This document shows positions 49,091 to 60,929 of a DNA stretch of 64,000 nt, in pieces. This DNA comes from Opitutia bacterium. GTDB lineage: Bacteria; Verrucomicrobiota; Verrucomicrobiia; Opitutales; Opitutaceae. How positions within the stretch are numbered: the stretch's first letter is position 1; each line of letters begins with the position of its first letter. The translations under genes and the position numbers were made by a program. Below the pieces are notes generated by a model. The model had not been told where the DNA came from. It searched no databases and saw only the letters and a program-made list of their open reading frames with translations. The DNA lies in assembly GCA_947478395.1 (NCBI GenBank), contig CANJVR010000002.1:832568-896567 (forward strand), given 5' to 3'.

Positions 49091-50557
49091 TTAGTGGGAG
49101 CTGTGCGCCGCAACGGGACCACCGTGGCCGGTGTCGTCCGCGTGGCCACCATGTACATCCGCCGCCGGTGTGACCGCTTTCAACTCGGCCATCGGCATGA
49201 TGGGCAGGAAGCGGATGAAGAGAAGGAACAGGACCGAGAACACCCCGAATGTCCCGAAGAAGGTGAAGATTTCTACGATACTGGGCGAGTAGTAGCCCCA
49301 GCTCGATGGCAGGAAATCACGGGCGAGCGACGTGACGATAATCACGAAGCGCTCGAACCACATGCCGACGTTGACGAAGATCGAAAGCACCCAAACGAAA
49401 GTCGTGTTATTGCGCACGCCCTTGAACCAGAAAAACTGCGGCGTAATTACGTTACACGAAATCATGATCCAGTAAGCCCAAGCATAGTGCCCGAAAGCTC
49501 GGTTCACGAACGCGAAGCCCTCATAAGGATTCGCGCCGTACCACGCGATGAAGAACTCCATCCCGTAAGCGTAGCCAACGATCGTGCCGGTCGCCAAAGT
49601 CACCTTACACATACAATCGATGTGATATTGCGTGATCAGGTCCTCGAGGCCGTAAATCGCGCGCAGCGGGAGCATCAGCGTGAGCACCATACCGAATCCG
49701 GAGAAAATTGCGCCAGCCACGAAATAGGGCGGGAAAATCGTGGTGTGCCAGCCGGGAAGCAAGGAGACCGCGAAGTCGAATGAAACGATGGTGTGCACCG
49801 AAAGCACGAGTGGGGTCGAGATGCCGGCGAGCACGAGATAGGCCATCTCGTAATTGCTCCAGTGACGGTTCGAACCACGCCAACCCAAGGCAAACAAACC
49901 ATACAGAAACGAGCGGGTCTTGTTCCCTGCCGCATAAAAACGATCACGCAGGACGGCTAGGTCAGGCAGGAGACCGACGTACCAGAAAAGGACTGAGACG
50001 GTTCCGTAGGTCGAGACGGCGAAGACGTCCCACTCGAGGGGTGAACGAAAATTCTGCCAGATCCAGTTTGAGTTCGGAATCGGAAAGAGGAACCACGCGT
50101 ACCACACGCGACCCACGTGAAACACTGGGAAGATACCGGCGCACACGACGGCGAAAATCGTCATCGCTTCCGCGGCGCGATTGATCGACGTGCGCCATTT
50201 TTGGCGCAGCAAACATAGAATAGCGGAGATCAGGGTGCCGGCGTGGCCGATACCGATCCAGAAAACGAAGTTCACGATGTCCCACGCCCAATTGACCGGG
50301 TTGGCATGGCCCCAGACACCAACACCCGTCGAGATGAGGTAGGTGATACCGATTACGGTAAAGGACGCGACGAAGCAGGCCAACGCGAAGCAGACCTTCC
50401 ACCACAAAGGCGTCTTTTCCTCGATGATACCGCAGATCTTTTCCGTGATCCAAGAGAAGCTCCGGCCGTTCTGAACCAGCACCGCGCGCGGAATGACCGC
50501 GGGTTTAACCTCGCTCAAAATTGCCGGCGATTCGGCGTGTTCGGCTGCGTGCGACAT
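49091..50557 (-). CDS. actC: ACIII subunit ActC (NrfD/PsrC family)
   Basis: [63 protein letters not shown]. Confidence 0.94.
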   Translation of the reverse strand: MSHAAEHAESPAILSEVKPAVIPRAVLVQNGRSFSWITEKICGIIEEKTPLWWKVCFALACFVASFTVIGITYLISTGVGVWGHANPVNWAWDIVNFVFWIGIGHAGTLISAILCLLRQKWRTSINRAAEAMTIFAVVCAGIFPVFHVGRVWYAWFLFPIPNSNWIWQNFRSPLEWDVFAVSTYGTVSVLFWYVGLLPDLAVLRDRFYAAGNKTRSFLYGLFALGWRGSNRHWSNYEMAYLVLAGISTPLVLSVHTIVSFDFAVSLLPGWHTTIFPPYFVAGAIFSGFGMVLTLMLPLRAIYGLEDLITQYHIDCMCKVTLATGTIVGYAYGMEFFIAWYGANPYEGFAFVNRAFGHYAWAYWIMISCNVITPQFFWFKGVRNNTTFVWVLSIFVNVGMWFERFVIIVTSLARDFLPSSWGYYSPSIVEIFTFFGTFGVFSVLFLLFIRFLPIMPMAELKAVTPAADVHGGHADDTGHGGPVAAHSSH

Positions 50558-53500
50558 TAGCTAAGCCCTCCGAAACGTTTTAGGGATTCGATCGAACCGT
50601 GAGCGCTTTCCTTTTTCTCCACTTTTTTGTCCTCCGGACCGTGAGCGGGCGCTCCGTGCTCCCCTGCTCCGCCATGCGATTCACCGTGGGCAGCGGGATG
50701 ATTCTTCTTGTTCGCTTCGATGCGACTCAGCGGCAACGTCTGATAATCGGGCATCTTAGGATTCGGATTGCGAAGTTTGCCGAGGTAAGTCGTGCGCGGA
50801 CGAATGTTCAAATAACCGAGCAGCGCGTAGTCCTGCTCACGGGCCTTCGCCTGCGAAACAAGGCTCTTCTCGTCGAGAATGTTGCCGAACTCGATTGCGC
50901 TCACCGGACACACCTGCTGACACGCGGTCTTGATCGTGCCATCGGGCACGATGACATCGGAGGGATTTCCGGCTTGGGCCGTCTTCACCTTGTGCTGGAT
51001 CTTTGCGTTCTGGATGCGCTGCACGCAATACGTGCATTTTTCCATCACACCGCGCATGCGGACCGAAACCTCGGGGTTCTTCACCATTTGCACGAGTTCG
51101 GGCATGCCCTGCGGTCCGAGCGGGCCCATGTAGAGGCTGTCGAGCGAGCGTTGATTCCAGTCGAAAAAGTTAAAGCGCCGGACCTTGTACGGGCAATTGT
51201 TCGCGCAGTAACGCGTGCCGATGCAGCGGTTGTACGCCATCGTGTTGAGACCTTCCTCGTCGTGCACGGTGGCATTGACCGGACACACGGTCTCACAAGG
51301 CGCAGTTTCACATTGCGCACAAGCGATGGGCTGAAGGGAAACTTGTGGGTCCTCAGGGAGCTCCTTGTTGCCTTCGCCACCGAAGGCACCCGCGTCGAGC
51401 GTGCCACTCGAGTAGTAGCGATCCAACCGGATCCAATGCATCTCGCGGCCGCGCATGACTTGTTCGCGCCCCACAATAGGAATGTTATTCTCGGCCTGAC
51501 AGGCGACTACGCAGGCGTTGCAACCGATGCAGGTGTTGAGGTCGATCGACATCCCCCACTGGTGCTTACCGTTGAAATCAGGTGTTTTGTAGAGCGAACC
51601 ACCACGTGGCAGCAGCGAAGCACGCTGGGCCGGGGTCATTTTTTCACCTTCCTCACCGAGGATCGAGGGACTGTGCGCCTCAAGGCCGATAGCGGCGACA
51701 AAGTTGGGGGTCTCTTGGTACTCGCTGAAGTTCGCCTCACGCACGAGATCACGGCCTTCCATCGACCAGTGCTCCTGCACATTGGCGAGACGCTGACGAT
51801 CACCCGTGGGCACGAGCGTCGCACCCGTCGCAAACTCAGCTGCGTTCGTGGTGCGAATCTTGTAGGCGTTGAAACCGGCGCCAGTACCGACGTGTCCGGT
51901 CTTGTCCCGGCCGTAGCCCAGCGCCACGACCACACTATAATTTGAAAGACCCGGTTGAATATGAACCGGCCCTTTGACGCTGCGTCCGCCGACCGTCAGA
52001 GTGAAAACATGCGCGCTCTCCGCACCGGCGTCGAACTCCGCCTCTTCCTTGCGCGCGACTTGGATCAAGGAACCCTTGGGATCAATCCCGAGTTCCTTGC
52101 CCAGCTTCGGGCTGACGAGGATCGCATTATCCCATGAAATTTTCGTGATTGGATCCGGGCATTCTTGAAGCCAGCCATTGTTCGCGAAGCGACCGTCGTC
52201 CATCTTGTGGTCGGTCACAAAGCGAACCTCGAGATTGGCCTTCGATAGCGTAACCGGAGCCGCCACTTGATTGGTCAGGCGCGCCAGTCCGGCATTCGAG
52301 AAATTCACCGACGCCTTCGGATAGGCCGAATTGGCCAGCTGGCCGTCGTGCAGGAAACGTTGGAATGCCTTTGCAGCGTCGCCGCCGGCAATCGCCGTGA
52401 CCGTGTCGAACACGAGCGAATAACCGTCATTCTTCGCCTCGCCCAGGATCCGGGCGAGTACTTCGATCTCGGTCAAACCGCCGAAGAGCGGCAGAATCAT
52501 CGGCTGCACCGGCACGATCGTGCCGTCAACCGTGCGAGCGTCGCCCCAAGATTCGAGATAATGGGCGGCGGCTACATGCGTGGCTGCGAGAGCGGAAGTT
52601 TCGTCGACGTAATAGCCAAAACGAACTACATTACTCACCGATTTTTGCAGCGCGGCCCAGTCGAGATCGACCGGCGCGTTGTAAGCGGGATTACCGCCAA
52701 GAATTACGAGCGTCTTGATCGAACCGGCCTTGATGGCCGTCGCGACGTCGCCGATGGAAGCCGCTGCCGGAGCAGAGACGTCCACGAAGTCGACGGTGCG
52801 TCCGATATTCCCAAGGGCGGCGTTGATCGCGTAGGCGATTGCATGGACGGCCGCGGGCTGATGGGCGCCGGCGAGAACCACACTGGTGCCCTTATGATTT
52901 TTAAGGTCAGTCGCGCATTCGGCGATCCACTCGGGCTTAACATCGAGGCCTTGAGCGAGCCGCCGGAAAGTCGCGTCACCCGTGATCTGCTCGGCCAACG
53001 CCGCGGCGAACGCGAGCATGTGACTGCTCGCGAGGCGTAGGCGATGGTCTGCCATCGAACCGGTGAGCGTGAGCGCACTCTCAACCACGTAGAGCCGATT
53101 CATGGAATCGGTCGCCTTCTTGACCCGACGGCCGCTCGCAAACTCGCGGGCGTAATAAAGGCTGCCGGCTTCGGCACTCAGGAAATCGGCATCAAGCGAA
53201 AGGATGCGCTCGGCATGAGCGAACTGGTAGAGCGGTTTGACGCTGGTCCCGAAAACGGTCTGCGCGGCAATCGCCGGTGGCTCATCGCTGACGGGTTCGT
53301 ACTCCGCCCAAATCGCGCGTGGCAACTGGGTGCGGAGACGCGCCAACAGTCGGGCCCGCGTGGGCGATGCGGACTGCTCGGCGAGGAATGCCAGGCCGGC
53401 GCCTTGAGCGGCAGCGGAAGTCTTGCCGATCGCGGCGAGCAAATCGTTGACGGCGGCGGCCTCGAGTTTGTTCGCGCCCTGCAAATGCGCGGTCGCGCGA

Positions 53501-53955
53501 TCCGGGTCGTAAAGATCAAGCACGGACGCCTGCGCGATAAGCGACGTAGCCCCGCCATGCGGCGTGTAGGTCGGATTACCCTCGAGTTTCGTCGGACGGC
53601 CTTGATGAGTCTCGGCGAGCAGCGGCATCGCTGACTTACGCAGCGGCATTGCCGTCGCGTAGTATTGGGGCAGGCCTGGAATGATACCTTCGACCGATTT
53701 GCCGAAGGGCAGAATATTTTTCTCGGGACGCCGACAGCCAGCGAGACCCAGACCGCCCAGTGCAAACGAGGCGGCCATCAGTTTCACGAACTGCCGGCGA
53801 TCGACCTCATTCAAACTGGATGCGCCCTCGGGGAATTCCTTCGCCAGCTGGGCTTTGAAGCCAGGCGTGGCGGCAAGCTCATCTAGGCTGCGCCAATACT
53901 GCGGGCCGGACAGCGCGCGTTCAGACGGGGCGGGATGGTCAAATTTGCGTTTCAT
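50557..53955 (-). CDS. actB: ACIII subunit ActB (molybdopterin-oxidoreductase-like plus Fe-S domains)
   Basis: YWRSL leader, DRRQFVK Tat motif, LAGC lipobox, [11 protein letters not shown]-terminal [36 protein letters not shown]. Confidence 0.94.
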   Translation of the reverse strand: MKRKFDHPAPSERALSGPQYWRSLDELAATPGFKAQLAKEFPEGASSLNEVDRRQFVKLMAASFALGGLGLAGCRRPEKNILPFGKSVEGIIPGLPQYYATAMPLRKSAMPLLAETHQGRPTKLEGNPTYTPHGGATSLIAQASVLDLYDPDRATAHLQGANKLEAAAVNDLLAAIGKTSAAAQGAGLAFLAEQSASPTRARLLARLRTQLPRAIWAEYEPVSDEPPAIAAQTVFGTSVKPLYQFAHAERILSLDADFLSAEAGSLYYAREFASGRRVKKATDSMNRLYVVESALTLTGSMADHRLRLASSHMLAFAAALAEQITGDATFRRLAQGLDVKPEWIAECATDLKNHKGTSVVLAGAHQPAAVHAIAYAINAALGNIGRTVDFVDVSAPAAASIGDVATAIKAGSIKTLVILGGNPAYNAPVDLDWAALQKSVSNVVRFGYYVDETSALAATHVAAAHYLESWGDARTVDGTIVPVQPMILPLFGGLTEIEVLARILGEAKNDGYSLVFDTVTAIAGGDAAKAFQRFLHDGQLANSAYPKASVNFSNAGLARLTNQVAAPVTLSKANLEVRFVTDHKMDDGRFANNGWLQECPDPITKISWDNAILVSPKLGKELGIDPKGSLIQVARKEEAEFDAGAESAHVFTLTVGGRSVKGPVHIQPGLSNYSVVVALGYGRDKTGHVGTGAGFNAYKIRTTNAAEFATGATLVPTGDRQRLANVQEHWSMEGRDLVREANFSEYQETPNFVAAIGLEAHSPSILGEEGEKMTPAQRASLLPRGGSLYKTPDFNGKHQWGMSIDLNTCIGCNACVVACQAENNIPIVGREQVMRGREMHWIRLDRYYSSGTLDAGAFGGEGNKELPEDPQVSLQPIACAQCETAPCETVCPVNATVHDEEGLNTMAYNRCIGTRYCANNCPYKVRRFNFFDWNQRSLDSLYMGPLGPQGMPELVQMVKNPEVSVRMRGVMEKCTYCVQRIQNAKIQHKVKTAQAGNPSDVIVPDGTIKTACQQVCPVSAIEFGNILDEKSLVSQAKAREQDYALLGYLNIRPRTTYLGKLRNPNPKMPDYQTLPLSRIEANKKNHPAAHGESHGGAGEHGAPAHGPEDKKVEKKESAHGSIESLKRFGGLS

Positions 53956-54605
53956 CGATGGCAGCCGGAACAGCTTTGAGGCGGCTTAATGTTCCAGTCG
54001 TGGACAAATTTCAGGCCGGCCTCAGTGCCGGACTTCGCGGCGATCGTCTGGGAGTCGAGGTTGAATACATCCTTCGGATCGCGGACGCGCGTCTCGGGAT
54101 TGCGGTGACACTCGATACAAAAACCCATGCTCAGCGACTGGTTGTGGGCGACCACTTCCATTTCGTTGATCTTGCCGTGACACTCTACGCAGCTGACGCC
54201 GCGGTTAACGTGGGCGGAGTGGTTAAAATAGGCGTAGTCCGGCGTCTTGTGGATCCAAACCCACGGCACGGATTCTCCGCTCGCGTAGCTATCCCGGATT
54301 GGGGCCAGCAACGGGCTGTTGAGCTTGATCAGACTATGACAATTCATGCACGTCTGGGAGGTCGGCACATTCGAATGGGCGGACTGGTCAACGTTGCTGT
54401 GGCAATAGCGGCAATCTAGACCGAGTTCGCCGACGTGCTGGGCGTGACTAAATGGTACCGGTTGCACGGGGGCATAGCCCAAACGCGTGTACTTCGGCGT
54501 CATGTAGTAGGTGACGCCTGCGGTCGCAATTCCGGCGAGTACCACCAGATAAACGATGATCTGGAACGGCAGGCGGTTCGCCGATTTCGGGAAGAGGTTC
54601 GACAT
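53952..54605 (-). CDS. actA: ACIII subunit ActA (pentaheme cytochrome c)
   Basis: Five CxxCH motifs (CRYCH, CMNCH, CVECH, CIECH, CSGCH); QPVPFSH, FNHSAH; N-terminal TM. Confidence 0.93.
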   Translation of the reverse strand: MSNLFPKSANRLPFQIIVYLVVLAGIATAGVTYYMTPKYTRLGYAPVQPVPFSHAQHVGELGLDCRYCHSNVDQSAHSNVPTSQTCMNCHSLIKLNSPLLAPIRDSYASGESVPWVWIHKTPDYAYFNHSAHVNRGVSCVECHGKINEMEVVAHNQSLSMGFCIECHRNPETRVRDPKDVFNLDSQTIAAKSGTEAGLKFVHDWNIKPPQSCSGCHR

Positions 54606-54637
54606 GGTCGCAGAGTCTTCGGTTGGATCGCGGCGGA

Positions 54638-54829
54638 TTAGACCGAATCAGGGCGCCGCGTGACCGCACGGGCATCCGAACGAAGTTGGAAACGGACCGG
54701 AGCGGAGGAAACCGGCGCCGCCGCGGTGGTCAGCGACGAATTCGCCACCAGCTTCGGGGCAAAGCTAGCCACGGCGGCGGCGCCGAGCAGCTTGGCAAAG
54801 AATTGTTTTCGCGTTGGGTCGTAGCTCAC
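54638..54829 (-). CDS. Small protein (63 aa) resembling a Tat signal peptide
   Basis: GTG start gives MSYDPTRKQFFAKLLGAAAVASFAPKLVA...; ends 32 nt before actA on the same strand. Confidence 0.55.
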   Translation of the reverse strand: MSYDPTRKQFFAKLLGAAAVASFAPKLVANSSLTTAAAPVSSAPVRFQLRSDARAVTRRPDSV

Positions 54830-55100
54830 GGATGAGAAGATGAAATCAAAATCGCTGCCGAAAGAAGGGCGCGACGTTTGGGTTGTAAACCAAAATTTCC
54901 CTCCGATTTTTTTTTGGCTCAAAAATTAGCGCGGACACGCGAAGACGTTGCTGGCGCTAATCACTTTGATTGCGGCAACCGGAGGCTCCGCCGAACGCCG
55001 GACACGGATTCCAACTAGGCCGGTGCGACTCCGCCCCCGAGTAAAACAGAGCGAATCCAGCGCGCTAAGGATAACGCGCCCCACCCTGGCCTTCACCCGC

Positions 55101-55790
55101 TCAAATAAATAATCCGTCGCGCATCGGGCGCGTGAAATCACAGCGGCTCGCGATGTCGGGATTGTGCGTCACGAGAATCACCGCCTGCCCGTTCTCTTTC
55201 GCCAGGCTCGTGAGCAAGTCGAACACCATCGCGGAATTTTTCACGTCGAGGTTTCCCGTGGGTTCGTCCGCGAGAATGATCGCCGGCTGGTTCGCCAGCG
55301 CCCGCGCCACCGCCACGCGCTGCTGTTCGCCGCCGGAGAGCTGCGTGCCGAGACGGTGCGTCTTTTCGCCGAGGCCGACCGACGTGAGCAAACGGTGGGC
55401 GCGGTCCGTCATTTCTTCGGGTTTCAGTTTCCCGAGCTTCAACATCGGCATCATGACGTTTTCCAGCGCGGAGAACTCCAGCATCAAAAAGTGAAACTGG
55501 AAAACGAAGCCGATGTGCTCGCCGCGCGCGGCCGTGCGGTCGGCGTCGGCACTGTTGGACATGAGCTGACCGTTGATCCAAATCTCGCCGTCATCGGGCT
55601 TGTCGAGCAATCCGAGGAGATAAAGCAGCGTCGATTTGCCGCAGCCCGAGGGACCGACGATCGAATACACCTGCCCCTTCTTCGCCTCGAAAGACACGCC
55701 TTTCAGCACGTGCACGCGACCTTCATCCTGCCCGAGGTAACGGTGCAGGTTGGCGCAGCGCAGCGCGAGTTGGTCGTTGGAGTCAGCCAT
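55101..55790 (-). CDS. ABC transporter ATP-binding protein (LolD/MacB-like)
   Basis: GPSGCGKST, GFVFQFH, LSGGEQQRVA, LADEPTGNLD, VTH. Start at MADSND. Confidence 0.93.
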   Translation of the reverse strand: MADSNDQLALRCANLHRYLGQDEGRVHVLKGVSFEAKKGQVYSIVGPSGCGKSTLLYLLGLLDKPDDGEIWINGQLMSNSADADRTAARGEHIGFVFQFHFLMLEFSALENVMMPMLKLGKLKPEEMTDRAHRLLTSVGLGEKTHRLGTQLSGGEQQRVAVARALANQPAIILADEPTGNLDVKNSAMVFDLLTSLAKENGQAVILVTHNPDIASRCDFTRPMRDGLFI

Positions 55791-55801
55791 GGATCGAAAA
55801 C

Positions 55802-57064
55802 TTACTGGGCCGTGCCGCGCACGATGTCGCCCGGCTCTAACCGCGCGGCGCGACGAGCAGGAATCAGGCTGGCCACCATCACGGTTACAATCGCCGTCGA
55901 TGCCGCCTGTACAAAATGCCACGGGTTCCAAGCCACTTGGAAATATTTTGTGGCGAAGATGCCCGTGATGCCACCGTGCGGCAGCGGCATTTTCGAAACG
56001 GCAAAGATTGTGGCCGCCCCAAAAGCCGAGCCGACGATAATGCCTACGAGTAGCACGATCACCGCCTGCCAAAGAAAGATCCGGGTGATGTCGACGCGCT
56101 CGTAACCCATCGACCGCAGGATCGCGATATCCTTGGTTTTCTCGAGGACGATCATCGCGAGCGTATTGAACATCGCGAGGCCAGCGATCAGCGTGAAGAC
56201 CGACACCGTGATCGCAGAGGTGATTTTCAAAGCGCTGAACGCGGAGAGCCAAGACTTCTCGCGCTCCTGCCAAGGCCGCGCGCTGTGCCTGAGCACATCT
56301 TCCATGCGCTGCGCGTCCTGTGGAGCGCGATCTTTGTCTTTGAGATTAACCTGAATGTACGTGACGCCGGTGGGTTTCTTCAGCACGGCGCGGGCCTCGC
56401 TGATTTGGACATACACGTTCGCCTTGTCGATGTCCCGCACCCCGGTTTCGAAGATCGCGCAAATTCGGTAGCGGTGCGTGAAACCCACCTGCCCCGGCGC
56501 CTGCAGTAGAATGAAGCCGCCCACCCCTAGCCCCAGACGGTCGGCCAGCACCCGGCCGATCACGACCGCGTTGGGCGAGTGCCCGAGTTCGTCCAGCTGG
56601 CCTTCGACGACCTGCGTGCGCAGATCGGAGACTTTCAGATGCTCATCGAGGTCGATGCCGAAAAGCTGTGCCGATTCATTTTTGAACGAGCTCAAGACCA
56701 GGATATTTCCGCGAACGACCGGCGAGGCACCGGAAACGTTGCCGAAATTTTTCACCGCATCGACGATCAAATGGTATTCCTCCACGCCTTCCCGGTATTT
56801 TCGACCCTCGTCGCGCGTGCTGATGGAAAATGGCGAGTCTTCCGAAATCTTCATCGCCCGCATCGTATCCTGAATTTCGTCCTCGATCCGGATCGCGCCA
56901 TTGGTGCCGAGCAGGGTCTTGATGAATACCTCTTCAAACCCGCTCGTCGTCGCCTGTGTGACCACGAACAGGCCCACGCCCAAGACCGTGCAGGCAAGAC
57001 TCATCGTCATCGCGCGCTTCTTCGCCGTGAGAAAACGATAGGCGATGCGAAAATTCGGCGACAT
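55802..57064 (-). CDS. ABC permease (LolC/E-MacB/FtsX family)
   Basis: One TM, periplasmic domain, then three TM; EK.KDIAILRSMG; PARRAARLEP. Confidence 0.9.
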   Translation of the reverse strand: MSPNFRIAYRFLTAKKRAMTMSLACTVLGVGLFVVTQATTSGFEEVFIKTLLGTNGAIRIEDEIQDTMRAMKISEDSPFSISTRDEGRKYREGVEEYHLIVDAVKNFGNVSGASPVVRGNILVLSSFKNESAQLFGIDLDEHLKVSDLRTQVVEGQLDELGHSPNAVVIGRVLADRLGLGVGGFILLQAPGQVGFTHRYRICAIFETGVRDIDKANVYVQISEARAVLKKPTGVTYIQVNLKDKDRAPQDAQRMEDVLRHSARPWQEREKSWLSAFSALKITSAITVSVFTLIAGLAMFNTLAMIVLEKTKDIAILRSMGYERVDITRIFLWQAVIVLLVGIIVGSAFGAATIFAVSKMPLPHGGITGIFATKYFQVAWNPWHFVQAASTAIVTVMVASLIPARRAARLEPGDIVRGTAQ

Positions 57065-57105
57065 GAGCGCGAGGAAAAGCGACGGAGTTTACCCGCGGCG
57101 GCGAA

Positions 57106-58236
57106 TTATTTGGCCGCCCCTTCGATTCGCACGCGGTCGCCATCCTGTAATTTATCCAGCTCTTCAACGATGACTTTTTCGCCAACGGCGACGCCCTTGG
57201 TGATTTCAGCCAGCATGAGATCCGTGTAGCCCACCTCAACCGGCCGCAGCTGCACCCGGCCGTCGACGGCCACAAACACCGACTTTTTGTTTTTCAACGC
57301 GCGGCGCGGAATGAGAATCGCGTCGGGCCGTTCAGCGATAATCACCGTGACCTCGCCGGTGGCGCCGGGCACCAACTGTTCCGGATCGATTTTCACGTCG
57401 AGATGGATGACGTAACGCTGCGTCTCTGGGTCGGCGGTGGGCAAAATTTTGATGACCTTCGCGTCGAGATTTTCTCTGCCGCCCGTGAAGCGCACGGTGG
57501 CCTTCTGCCCCAGTTTGATCCCCTGAAAATTCTCCTCGCTGATCTTGGCCTCAACCGTGCGGGAGATCGTGATGAGTTTTGCGATCGGGGTCTTCGCGGG
57601 CAACAGGGCGCCGGGCCGGAAAAACACGGCGGTCACAATTCCATCGAACGGCGCGGTGATCGTCATTTTTTTCAGCAAGATCTCCTTTCCCGCGATTGAG
57701 TTCTTAAAGGTTTCGAGCGTCTGCCGATTGTTCACGTCCTCGAGTTTCACCCTATTCTGGATGCCCTGGAAGTTGCGTTCCATTTCATTGAAATCAGCCT
57801 GGGCCAAGGAACCGTCTCTCAGTCTACGTTTCGCCGCCTCCAGTTTGAATTTCGCATTTTCCAGCTGAATCGCGACGTCCGACCCAATTTCAAAGCGCTC
57901 CTGGGTCGCCGCATATTCGCTCTTCAGCTGCTTGATTTCCAACAGAAGCGCTCCGGTATTCAATTGGGCCACGATCTCGTCCTTGTTCACTTTCCTGCCC
58001 GGATCGAGTACGCTCGCTTCTACAAATCCCTCGACTTCACTCATGAGGTCCAAGGGGTATTCCTCCCGCACGACGACGCTACCCGGCACCGCCTCATAGG
58101 ACTTGTCTTTGTACGCGGCGACCACGCGAACGGTCGGGCGGAAACTGAAAAGGGTGGCCGCGGCGATGCCCCCGAGAACGAGCAGAACGAGGAAGAGCCG
58201 CGGAATAAAATTGGGTTTGTCAGTCTTAGTGGGCAT
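57106..58236 (-). CDS. Membrane fusion protein (MacA-like)
   Basis: N-terminal TM, coiled-coil hairpin, ITAPFDGIV, LVPG.TG.V. Confidence 0.87.
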   Translation of the reverse strand: MPTKTDKPNFIPRLFLVLLVLGGIAAATLFSFRPTVRVVAAYKDKSYEAVPGSVVVREEYPLDLMSEVEGFVEASVLDPGRKVNKDEIVAQLNTGALLLEIKQLKSEYAATQERFEIGSDVAIQLENAKFKLEAAKRRLRDGSLAQADFNEMERNFQGIQNRVKLEDVNNRQTLETFKNSIAGKEILLKKMTITAPFDGIVTAVFFRPGALLPAKTPIAKLITISRTVEAKISEENFQGIKLGQKATVRFTGGRENLDAKVIKILPTADPETQRYVIHLDVKIDPEQLVPGATGEVTVIIAERPDAILIPRRALKNKKSVFVAVDGRVQLRPVEVGYTDLMLAEITKGVAVGEKVIVEELDKLQDGDRVRIEGAAK

Positions 58237-59632
58237 AGCGGGCAGGAAGATTGTTCATCGCGGGATCCAGACCAACAAGCGAAATATAGTCGGCCCATTT
58301 GTTCAAAAGTTCGCCCCGAGCGCGAGCCACCGCGGCCTGATAGATATAAAAAGCGTAGGTCGCTTCGTCCACCGCCGCCTGGGACACATTCCCCTCTCGA
58401 AATTCGTCTTTCATTTTGTTCATCGCGGCTTCCGCCAGCTCCCCCCGTCGCTCCACCAACGCCAGACCTTGGACCGTCAACGCCAGATTTTTCTGCATGC
58501 TTTCAGCGTTGTCGAGTGTGAGCTGGATTTGATTCTGCAACGATTTTTCGGCGGCCCGCTTGCTCGCCAAGGCGCCTTTCTTGGCTGCGCCTGTCGCAAA
58601 ACCGTCGAAGATGGACCACGAACCGGTAATACCGGCGGACTGCGAGCTGACGGTGTCCTGGCTGACGACGCCGTAGTAAACGCTGGTGGAGTTGCTCAGC
58701 GTAGTGCTGGCGCCGGCCGAAAATTTGGGCAGGAGCCGAACTTTCGTGATCTTGTACGAAAGGTCGGCTTGGCGGACGTAGAAAGCAGCCACCTGCACGG
58801 CATTCGTGGTCTCAGCGTTATCGCGGCGCAGTAACGCCATGATACTTGCGGCCGCTTCCGCGGAATAGGTCGGCTTCGGAATTTCCGTGGGGATCTCGCT
58901 GTCCTCGATCGCAGGCATGCCAACCAGATGCGCAAAGATCCGGAGGGCACTCGCGTAATCCTGCTCTGCGCGGGCTACTCCCAGCCGGGCCTCCTCGAAC
59001 GAGAGTTGGGAACCGAGCAAATCACCGGAGGAAATCGTGCCGTTGCGCAATTTCTCTTCCTCCACCTTGAGCAAGGCTTCAGCTATTTTTTGCCGGTGCG
59101 TCACACTGGAAAGCGAGGCTTTCTGTACGATCAAGGCCACGTACTGCAGCCGAAGATTCGCGGCAAAAAGTCGGTAAGCCTCGGCATGATTTTTGTGCGA
59201 GATAAGTTCTGCAATCTTGGCCATCTCCACTTGGTTCTTAACGGCACCGAACTGGAAAACGCTTTGGCTGATGCCCAAGCTGTAATAAAAACCCTGCGAT
59301 TGGGATTTCGCCGACGGGTTCGAGCCCGGGGCGGATTGCCCGATGGAGTAGCTCCCCGAACCGCTGAGGCTCGGCAACATCGCCGCTTGAGCACCGATCC
59401 GGGCGTACTCGGCCTGCTGCACTAGATTAATCTCACTCAGCACCATTTGCGGCGCCTGCTTCAAAGCGGCGGCCAAAATCGATTTCAAGCCGGGCAAATA
59501 ATCTTCCGTCATCGTGCCTTCAATCGTCGGCAGCTCCGCGTGCAGCACGTTCAATCCCACGATAAAAACCAACATTGCCCGCACTGATTTCCCACCGAAG
59601 CGCACACGAGTGACAGAGCTAATAAACGACAT
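58226..59632 (-). CDS. TolC-family outer-membrane protein
   Basis: Two OEP repeats (LPSL..S.SY / LPKFS...WSIFDG); first gene of the TolC-MFP-ABC operon; start uncertain. Confidence 0.82.
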   Translation of the reverse strand: MSFISSVTRVRFGGKSVRAMLVFIVGLNVLHAELPTIEGTMTEDYLPGLKSILAAALKQAPQMVLSEINLVQQAEYARIGAQAAMLPSLSGSGSYSIGQSAPGSNPSAKSQSQGFYYSLGISQSVFQFGAVKNQVEMAKIAELISHKNHAEAYRLFAANLRLQYVALIVQKASLSSVTHRQKIAEALLKVEEEKLRNGTISSGDLLGSQLSFEEARLGVARAEQDYASALRIFAHLVGMPAIEDSEIPTEIPKPTYSAEAAASIMALLRRDNAETTNAVQVAAFYVRQADLSYKITKVRLLPKFSAGASTTLSNSTSVYYGVVSQDTVSSQSAGITGSWSIFDGFATGAAKKGALASKRAAEKSLQNQIQLTLDNAESMQKNLALTVQGLALVERRGELAEAAMNKMKDEFREGNVSQAAVDEATYAFYIYQAAVARARGELLNKWADYISLVGLDPAMNNLPARYAH

Positions 59633-59804
59633 GATAGAAGCAGCAGTTGATTGAAGGGGCAGACCGCGAGAAAACCAAACCGTTGGCAATCCCAAATCCC
59701 GGCGCCTGCGGGGGTGTGACCCTCGACTCTCGCCGACGTTGCGAAAATCATTCGCCATCGCAAGTCGGCCCGACAAAATAGGACCACATTTCCGATTTCA
59801 CCCC

Positions 59805-60929
59805 GTGAAAATCCCCATCCTCGATCTCTCTCCCGCCTATCGCGAACTGCAGGCGGACCTCGATGCCGCGTATCGCCGCGTGATGGACTCGGGACAGTTT
59901 CTACTCGGCCGCGAACTCGCCGCGTTCGAGGAGGAATTCGCGCGCGCCGTCGGCACCGCGCACTGCATCGGCGTGGCCAACGGACTCGAAGCCCTGCAAC
60001 TGGTTCTCATGGCGCGCGGCGTAGGTCCGGGCGATGAAGTGATCGTGCCGGCACATGGGTACATCGCCACCTGGTTGGCCGTGACGCATACCGGCGCCAT
60101 GCCCGTCCCCTGCGAATGCGACGAAGGCACCTTCAACCTCGACCCCGCGCGCATCGCGGCGTTGATCACGCCTCGCACGCGCGCAATTCTGCCGATCCAC
60201 CTGTACGGGCAATGCGCCGACATGGCCGCGATCAACCTGATCGCGGTTAAGCACGGACTGCTCGTCCTTGAAGACGCCGCCCAAGCGCACGGGGCGCGGA
60301 TTCAGAGCGGAGCCGCCGGTTCGCTCGGCAACGCCGCTGGTTTTAGTTTTTATCCGAGCAAAAATCTCGGCGCCTTCGCCGACGCGGGAGCGATCACCAC
60401 AAACGACGGCGACCTTGCCGGAAAACTTCGAGCCCTGCGCAACTACGGTTCGCGCGAGCGCTACCATCACGAAGCCCTCGGGCTAAACTCGCGGCTCGAC
60501 GAACTTTCCGCGGCCGCCTTGCGCGTAAAACTTCCCGCCCTCGCGGCTTGGAACGCGCGCCGCTCTGTGCTCGCCTCGCGTTACCGCGCGCAGCTCGCGA
60601 AGGTGGGCGACCTGATTCTACCCTTCGTACCCGCCGCTTCCGAACCGGTGTGGCACTTGTTTGTGGTGCGCACCACGCACCGGACCGCGCTGCAGCAACA
60701 TCTCACGGCGCAAGGCATCGGCACCCAGATTCACTATCCCATCCCGCCGCATCTTTCGGGCGCTTACGGGCATCCTACAAGTGGAGCGAAGCGATGGCGC
60801 CGCGGCGATTTCCCCATCGCCGAAAAGCTGGCGGACGAAGTATTGAGCCTTCCAATTGGACCGCATCACACCGCCGAACAGATTGACACCGTGTGCGGCG
60901 CCGTGCGCTCGTTCTTCAATCAACGATGA
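59805..60929 (+). CDS. DegT/DnrJ/EryC1/StrS sugar aminotransferase
   Basis: [36 protein letters not shown] start. Confidence 0.93.
   Translation: MKIPILDLSPAYRELQADLDAAYRRVMDSGQFLLGRELAAFEEEFARAVGTAHCIGVANGLEALQLVLMARGVGPGDEVIVPAHGYIATWLAVTHTGAMPVPCECDEGTFNLDPARIAALITPRTRAILPIHLYGQCADMAAINLIAVKHGLLVLEDAAQAHGARIQSGAAGSLGNAAGFSFYPSKNLGAFADAGAITTNDGDLAGKLRALRNYGSRERYHHEALGLNSRLDELSAAALRVKLPALAAWNARRSVLASRYRAQLAKVGDLILPFVPAASEPVWHLFVVRTTHRTALQQHLTAQGIGTQIHYPIPPHLSGAYGHPTSGAKRWRRGDFPIAEKLADEVLSLPIGPHHTAEQIDTVCGAVRSFFNQR

Noticed and set aside
50599..51945. Long antisense ORFs (also 8697-9779, 20900-22027, 55164-56105 and others)
   Set aside because: Shadow ORFs opposite well-supported genes, expected from high-GC codon bias; no recognisable motifs.
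54966..54979. FNR-like box upstream of the ACIII operon
   Set aside because: Only the TTGAT half-site matches; the second half (GCAAC) does not.
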